Below are positions 58,472 through 64,000 of a stretch of 64,000 nucleotides of DNA, piece by piece (within the stretch, counting starts at the first letter, position 1; every line of letters begins with the position of its first letter). Source of the stretch: Longimicrobiales bacterium (GTDB lineage Bacteria > Gemmatimonadota > Gemmatimonadetes > Longimicrobiales > Gaopeijiaceae). The notes beneath the pieces were generated by a model that had not been told where the DNA came from, made no database searches, and worked only from the letters and a program-made list of their open reading frames with translations. Where the stretch lies: positions 3,520,001-3,584,000 of the forward strand of contig OZ242008.1 in NCBI GenBank assembly GCA_965204735.1, read 5' to 3'. The position numbers and the translations under genes are program-made.

Positions 58472-59988
58472 CCAAGCCCGCGCGCCCCGGTGCGTCCCTC
58501 GCGGACCCGTCCGTCGTCGAAGCGCCTCGTCCCGAAGCCTGCATCTTCGACGCCCCCGTCGTCGACGGATGGCTGTGGCCCCCGGAGGCGCCCCGCCCCA
58601 ACTCCTTCGTCGAGGCGCGGGCCGGGCAGGCGCGGGTCCGTGCGCCGGTCCCCGAGCCCGGTCGCGCCGCCGCGCTCTTCTCCTCCCTCCGGGCCGCGAG
58701 CCGGCGCTTGGCTGCCCGCCCCGTCCAGCAGATCGCGGCAACGCTGGGATCGGTCGCCACCGCCCTCGTCCGAACCCTGAACGACGACGCTCTGCGCGAA
58801 GTCGCCGCCAACGCGGCGCTCTCGCCCGCCATGGCGCGGGAAGTGCTCGCAGGGGTGGCGGAGACCTGGACGCCGCACGCCCTCGACCGCCTCCTGCGGG
58901 CAGAGTTCCCCGACCCCCGGGCGCTGGACGGCTTCGCGCCCGACGGCGACCGGGCCGTCCGCGCCGCAGGCCACGGCGCGACCCTTCACATCGGCTCCGG
59001 AAGCGTGCCCGGCGCGACCGCCACGTCGATGATCCGCGCCCTTCTGGTCAAGTCGGCCGTGCTGGCCAAGCCCGGCACCGGCGACGTCGCGCTGACCGTC
59101 CGCTTCGCCCAGGCGCTCCGCGAGGCCGACCCCGTCTTGGGCGCCGCCGCCGCCGTCCACTACTGGCCCGGCGGCGACCCCGCCCACGACGCCTGGGAGC
59201 GGGCCCTCCTGCACGGCGCCGATCAAGCGGTCGTCTACGGCGCCGACGCCGCCATCGAGTCGGTGCGCGCTCGGGCGCCCGCGACTACCCGCCTAGTTGA
59301 GCACGCCCACCGCCTCGGCGTCGCCGTCGTGGACCCGGCGCGCGCGCCCGAATCGGCGGCCCACGCCGCCCGCGCGGCGGCCCTCTGCGACCAGCGCGGC
59401 TGCGTCAGCGCCCACCTCTTCCTGCTCCTGGCGAACCGCGAGGAAGCCGCTCGGTGGTGCTCCGCCCTCGCGGCCCGGCTGGCCGCCCTGCACCGCGCCC
59501 TTCCCCCGACGCCCGGAGGCGCCGGCCCGCTCTCGGCACTCCACCAGCTTCGGGGCCGCCTCGCCATGAAGAAGGCCGCATCGGGCGCCGTCGAGCTGTG
59601 GACTTCCCGCAGCTCGCCGTCGCCGACCTCTGGCGAGCCGGACGCGGCCCGCGACGCTCCCGGCTGGACCGTCGTCTTGGCGACGATGGAGGAGTTCGAG
59701 CCCGTGGGCTTCCGCACGGCCTGGGTCGTCCCGGCATCGGACCTGCAAGGATGCTTGGAGGCGCTGGGCCCGATGGCGCCCGCGCTTCAGACCGTGGGCC
59801 TGGCCGGAGCGCCCGACGAACCCTTCAGCGAGTCCGGCTTCGTCGAATCCCTGGCCACGGTGGGGGCCACGCGAATCGTTCCGCTGTCGGAGATGCCCTT
59901 CCCCGACGCGCGGTGGCTTCACGACGGCGCTCGGCCCCTGGGCGAACTCGTACGCTGGGCGGAAGCACGGCCGGGAGGAGCGGAGTGA
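58468..59988 (+). CDS. LuxC-like acyl-CoA reductase
   Basis: HIGSGSVPG, VVYGAD, DQRGCVS catalytic Cys, HDG; GTGA overlap. Confidence 0.8.
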   Translation: MTKPARPGASLADPSVVEAPRPEACIFDAPVVDGWLWPPEAPRPNSFVEARAGQARVRAPVPEPGRAAALFSSLRAASRRLAARPVQQIAATLGSVATALVRTLNDDALREVAANAALSPAMAREVLAGVAETWTPHALDRLLRAEFPDPRALDGFAPDGDRAVRAAGHGATLHIGSGSVPGATATSMIRALLVKSAVLAKPGTGDVALTVRFAQALREADPVLGAAAAVHYWPGGDPAHDAWERALLHGADQAVVYGADAAIESVRARAPATTRLVEHAHRLGVAVVDPARAPESAAHAARAAALCDQRGCVSAHLFLLLANREEAARWCSALAARLAALHRALPPTPGGAGPLSALHQLRGRLAMKKAASGAVELWTSRSSPSPTSGEPDAARDAPGWTVVLATMEEFEPVGFRTAWVVPASDLQGCLEALGPMAPALQTVGLAGAPDEPFSESGFVESLATVGATRIVPLSEMPFPDARWLHDGARPLGELVRWAEARPGGAE

Positions 59989-60000
59989 GGGGGCGGACCC

Positions 60001-60192
60001 TCAGTCTTCGTCCTTCGCCGCCTTCCGCCACAGCACCAGCTGGCGGAGGCCCCGAGAGTTCTCCTCGACCCGCACCACGACGGTGTCCCCTTCGGCAATG
60101 CCGCAGTCCTCGCGCATCGTCTTGGGGATCGTCATCCGCCCTTCGGTGCCGACGGTGGCTTCCGCGTAGTAGAGCGTTCGGTAGATTGCCAC
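60001..60192 (-). CDS. AbrB/MazE/SpoVT DNA-binding protein
   Basis: VGTEGRMTIPKTMREDCGIAEGD; AAGGA RBS. Confidence 0.85.
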   Translation of the reverse strand: MAIYRTLYYAEATVGTEGRMTIPKTMREDCGIAEGDTVVVRVEENSRGLRQLVLWRKAAKDED

Positions 60193-60345
60193 GAGAAGTC
60201 CTTCCTTGGGGGTCGATGGGAATCAGGCTGTCGAGGGTCGCTGGAATTACGCTCGGACCGGGGGCGCTGCCGTTGCCCGCCGGACGAAGCAGCCAACAAG
60301 TATAGTCCCGACCGGTGCATCTCCGAACACTTCAGCCCTTTCCGT

Positions 60346-62205
60346 TGTCGTACCAATTTAGAAATGTCCGGTCTTACCAAGATAGAAATGTCCTCTTTCG
60401 GGCGATGTTCGGCGGGAGTCGAACTCGTGCCCGGGAGAGGAGCGAATGGAGTTGAGCTTGAAGGAGCGGGACCGGATCTCGGTGTTGAGGCAGGTGAGCG
60501 AAGGCGTGCTGGCGGCGGCCGACGGCGCGGCGCGCTTCGGGGTGACGGAGCGTCACTTCCGGCGCGTGCGCCGCCGGTTCGAGGCGGCGGGCGACGAGGT
60601 GGTCGTGCACGGGCTCCGGGGTCGGAGGTCGAACCGGTCGCTGCCGTCGGAGACGCGGGAGCAGGTGCTGGTCATGGCCAGGGACCCCGACTACGCCGAC
60701 TTCGGCGCCACGTTTCTGGCGGAGCATGTCGAGCGGGAGCTGGGCGTGCGCGTCAGCGCGGAGACGCTGCGGGCATGGCGGAAGGGCGCGGGCTTGTGGC
60801 AGCGCAAGCGCAAGCGGGCGAAGCACCGGCGCCGACGGCCGCGTCGCGCCGCGCGGGGCGAGCTGCTCCAGTGGGACAGCTCGGTTCACGCCTGGCTTGA
60901 AGACCGGGGGCCGCCCGACCTCGTGCTGATCGCGCTGCACGACGACGCGACGAGCGGGTTCATGCACGGTCGCTTCGTCGAGCGCGACACGGGCGCCGCG
61001 AATCGGCGAGCGATCGTCGAGTGCCTCGAACGCCACGGACGGCCGAGGGCGGTGTACGTGGACCACGCGGGCCACTTCGGGCAGCGCCTCGGCCCGGAGG
61101 GCAAGCGGACCCGGACGATCATCGGCACGGCGCTGGAGAAGCTGGGCGTCGAGGTGGTCCTGGCGAACTCGCCGCAGGCGAAGGGCCGGGTCGAGCGGAC
61201 GTTCGGCACGGCGCAGGACCGGCTGGTCAAAGAGATGCGCTTGGCGCGAGTCACCACGCTCGAGGCGGCGAACCGCTACTTGGAGGAGCGGTGGGTTCCG
61301 TTCTGGAACGAACGCTTCACGGTGGCGCCGGCCGATCCCCTCGACGCCCATCGCCCGCTGCCTCAGGACATCGATCTGGAAGCCCTCTTCGCCGAGACGG
61401 ACACGCGGGTCGTGGCCCGCGACTTCACCGTGCGCTTCGAGAACCGCTTCTGGCAGGTCACGGCCCGCGACGCCGAGGCGGCCGGCGTCGCGCCGGGCTC
61501 CCCCGTCGTCGTCGAACGGCGCCTCTCGGGCGAGCTGCGCTTCCGGCATCGCGGCTGCTACCTGACGCCCAAGGCCTTGGGGGCGGTCCGGTCGGCGACG
61601 CCCAAGCCGGCGCCGGCGCCCGCGACGGCCAAGCCCAGGCCCAAGCCGCCGAAGCCGGGAAGGGATCACCCGTGGCGCAAGCACTTCAGCGCCAGCGTGG
61701 CCCAGGCCGTGGCCAAGCGGGAACACCGCGCCGCCCACTCCAACGGGACCGGTCCCGAGCGGTGCAGGACCTCGTCCTGAGCCTGCAGGCGGGGACGGCA
61801 GCTCGCACTCCCCTTCCCGCAAAGGTCGGACGCGACCGCAGTGTCGGCATCCGTGCCTCCGAGGCTTGCCGGCGCTGCGCAGGTCGCTCGGCGCACCACG
61901 ACCGTCCGAGCTGGCAGGCTCAGTGCGAACTGCGAGCCATCGGGGCAGCAGTGTCCGGACCCGTCCGCGTTGGCGTCCACCCGGCCAGAGCTTGGCCACG
62001 GCGACGACCTCGACTCGCCCGGCCGCCACTGGCCTTGAAGCGCCTGGAACAGGGCGCCCGGCGCCGTCCAGCCCAGGCTTGCTGGATCCGCGTGTCCTGC
62101 GCCCGACACCTGGCCCCCGGCCTCAGGAAGAACCCACCGTCCACACCATCAGGGGGGACATTTCTACTTTGGCCAACTACCGGACATTTCTACTTTGGCT
62201 TGACA
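60346..62205 (+). mobile_element. IS1202-family insertion sequence, 1860 bp
   Basis: TGT...ACA ends; two TAGAAATGTCC motifs at left and two inverted copies at right; 16-bp direct repeat CTTCAGCCCTTTCCGT at 60330-60345 and 62206-62221. Confidence 0.9.
60446..61780 (+). CDS. IS1202/ISNCY transposase (HTH + rve integrase)
   Basis: HGLRGRRSN, QWDSSVHAW, DDAT, YVDH, PQAKGRVER. Confidence 0.93.
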   Translation: MELSLKERDRISVLRQVSEGVLAAADGAARFGVTERHFRRVRRRFEAAGDEVVVHGLRGRRSNRSLPSETREQVLVMARDPDYADFGATFLAEHVERELGVRVSAETLRAWRKGAGLWQRKRKRAKHRRRRPRRAARGELLQWDSSVHAWLEDRGPPDLVLIALHDDATSGFMHGRFVERDTGAANRRAIVECLERHGRPRAVYVDHAGHFGQRLGPEGKRTRTIIGTALEKLGVEVVLANSPQAKGRVERTFGTAQDRLVKEMRLARVTTLEAANRYLEERWVPFWNERFTVAPADPLDAHRPLPQDIDLEALFAETDTRVVARDFTVRFENRFWQVTARDAEAAGVAPGSPVVVERRLSGELRFRHRGCYLTPKALGAVRSATPKPAPAPATAKPRPKPPKPGRDHPWRKHFSASVAQAVAKREHRAAHSNGTGPERCRTSS

Positions 62206-62295
62206 CTTCAGCCCTTTCCGTCGTAGAGGCGTGGACGGCTCGCGGTCCCGACCGCCGGCCCCGCCGGCCCCAGCCCTCCAACCAGGACCCGCCAC

Positions 62296-63270
62296 GTGAA
62301 CCAACCGGCAGTGCGCCTGTCCGGCGCCACCAAGACGTTCGGAACCCACACGGCCGTCTCCGGCTTCGACCTCGAGATTCCCAAGGGCTCGATCTACGGC
62401 TTGCTGGGGCCCAACGGATCGGGCAAGACCACCACGATCCGCATGATCATGGGCATCCTTCTTCCCGACGAGGGCTCGGTGGAGCTCTTCGGGGGCGTCC
62501 CCGACTTCGCCCGGCGGAGCCGAGTGGGGTACCTCCCGGAGGAACGCGGGGTCTACGAGAAGATGAAGGTTGTGGACCAGCTGGTCTTCCTGGGGGAGAT
62601 CCGGGGCCTGGAGCGATGGCGCGTCCGCCAGCGGGCGATGGAGTGGCTGGAGCGGCTGGGTCTGAAGGAGTGGGCCCTCAAGAAGGTGCGGGACCTGTCG
62701 AAGGGGATGCAGCAGAAGGTCCAGTTCATCGGCACGGTGCTCCACGAGCCTGAGCTGCTGATCCTGGACGAGCCCTTCAGCGGTCTGGACCCGATCAACC
62801 AGGACGTGCTGGAGTCGATCGTCCGGGAGCAGCGGGAGAAGGGGACGACGATCCTCTTCTCGACCCACCTGATGGAGCAGGCGGAGCGCCTCTGCGAGCG
62901 GGTGTGCCTGATCTCGAAGGCGCGCAAGGTGCTGGACGGGGACCTGAAGGAGATGAAGCGGCGCGAGCGGTCGGGAGTGGTGGCCGTGGAGTTCGACGGT
63001 CCTGCGCCGCGCATTGCGTGGCCCGGCGTGGCCACCGTGCAGGAGGTGGGCGAGGCGCTCCATCTCTCGCTTCGTCCGGGCGCGAGCCATGGCGAGGTGC
63101 TGGCGGCGGCAGTGGCCGAGGGCGTCGGATTGCGGCGCTTCGAGCTGCTCGAGCCCCGCCTCCACGAGATCTTCGTGCGCCACGCGGGGAGCGAGGACGA
63201 GCAGAACGCCGACGTGAGAGAGCACGCCAACGGCCGTGCCGGAGCCGCCTCCGGCCGCTCCGGCGCTTAA
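62296..63270 (+). CDS. ABC-2 exporter ATP-binding subunit
   Basis: GPNGSGKT, LSKGMQQK, ILDEPFSGLD. Confidence 0.95.
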   Translation: MNQPAVRLSGATKTFGTHTAVSGFDLEIPKGSIYGLLGPNGSGKTTTIRMIMGILLPDEGSVELFGGVPDFARRSRVGYLPEERGVYEKMKVVDQLVFLGEIRGLERWRVRQRAMEWLERLGLKEWALKKVRDLSKGMQQKVQFIGTVLHEPELLILDEPFSGLDPINQDVLESIVREQREKGTTILFSTHLMEQAERLCERVCLISKARKVLDGDLKEMKRRERSGVVAVEFDGPAPRIAWPGVATVQEVGEALHLSLRPGASHGEVLAAAVAEGVGLRRFELLEPRLHEIFVRHAGSEDEQNADVREHANGRAGAASGRSGA

Positions 63271-63285
63271 GGGGAGAAACAACGG

Positions 63286-64000
63286 ATGAGCCAAGTCTGG
63301 GTGGTTGTTCGACGGGAGTACTTGGAGCGCGTGCGGACAAAGGGGTTCGTCATCGCAACCCTGGCCGTCCCGCTGATCATGATGGGGCTGATGGCCTTCA
63401 GCATCTTCATGGGCGTGCGTTCGCAGCAGTCCGAACGGGAGATGGCGCTGGTGGACTACACCGGGGCGCTGGGCGCTTCGGTGGCCGCCGACCTGGACCA
63501 GGCGGGCTGGGAGATCGAAGTCGCGGAGCCGTCGGCCGGCGCGGCCGCGGAGCTGGAGCGCCGCCTCGAGGACGACGAGATCCAGGCCTACCTGATCCTG
63601 GACGACGTGACCGCTGCCGAGGGCGCTTTCGTCTACCGCAGCAAGGACGGTCCCGGCCGCGTCTTCCGGGCCATATCGGAGCGGGTGGTGGCAGAGGCTG
63701 CGCTGTCGGCCCGGCTCGCGGGCATGGAGGACCCGGCAGGCCTGCGCCAGCTCCTGGGCGGCGGCGAGCTGGAGTTCCAAGCCCTGCGGGACGAGGACGA
63801 CGGCGAGGCCGTCGACGAGGGCGTCTCCCTGGTCGTCGGGTTCGCCGGGGCCTTCCTCCTCTACATCACCATGCTGATCTACGGCGCCTACGTGCTTCGC
63901 TCCGTCCTGGACGAGAAGACGAACCGGGTGGTCGAGGTCGTGATCTCGTCGATCCGGCCCTGGCAGCTCATGCTGGGAAAGATTCTGGGCGTGGGCGCCA
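63286..64000 (+). CDS. ABC-2 permease (NatB/YhaP-like), truncated by window edge
   Basis: MSQVWVVVRREYLERVRTKGF...VLDEKTNRVVEVVISS...QLMLGKILG. Confidence 0.9.
   Translation, partial: MSQVWVVVRREYLERVRTKGFVIATLAVPLIMMGLMAFSIFMGVRSQQSEREMALVDYTGALGASVAADLDQAGWEIEVAEPSAGAAAELERRLEDDEIQAYLILDDVTAAEGAFVYRSKDGPGRVFRAISERVVAEAALSARLAGMEDPAGLRQLLGGGELEFQALRDEDDGEAVDEGVSLVVGFAGAFLLYITMLIYGAYVLRSVLDEKTNRVVEVVISSIRPWQLMLGKILGVGA

Noticed and set aside
57143..59988. Bioluminescence operon
   Set aside because: No luxA, luxB or luxD in the window.
60001..60192. Toxin-antitoxin module
   Set aside because: The AbrB-like gene has no adjacent toxin ORF; it abuts the convergent luxC-like gene.
60290..60345. 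XerCD (dif-like) target beside the IS1202-type element
   Set aside because: No recognisable 11-6-11 dif pattern; Xer-targeting members have short duplications, not 16 bp.
1..64000. tRNA, rRNA, riboswitches, intrinsic terminators
   Set aside because: None recognised by eye; covariance-model searches were not possible, so absence is not proven.

Overview
Very GC-rich bacterial chromosomal window. Gene content and style suggest a Gemmatimonadota (Longimicrobiales-like) genome, which is inference only. It has about 50 genes, mostly for peptide/amino-acid scavenging (M20, S58/P1 and ArgE peptidases, two D-aminoacylase-type amidohydrolases, GGT, a Cys/Thr proline-racemase-family hydroxyproline dehydratase, two Na+:solute symporters). 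Also present: a sugar-utilisation trio, a glycosyltransferase/sulfotransferase cluster, ypdA, ygfZ, lon, a ferredoxin, a PduO-type adenosyltransferase, an AraC + BTAD/AAA regulator pair, a luxE/luxC-like pair and an ABC-2 exporter. Two complete insertion sequences have resolvable ends: ISNCY-type with a 6-bp target duplication and IS1202-type with a 16-bp one. Highlights: (1) several unrelated direct-repeat pairs share CRISPR-like geometry (36-37 bp duplicated, 35-37 bp insert, 72-75 bp period), possibly scars of off-target spacer integration; (2) a UGA-Sec selenophosphate synthetase split by the ORF track; (3) a 1562-aa lipoprotein of four tandem solute-binding domains; (4) two sigma-54 promoters upstream of small membrane proteins; (5) a C22 tract at an MFS/oxidoreductase junction. 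All family assignments are by motif recognition, not database search.
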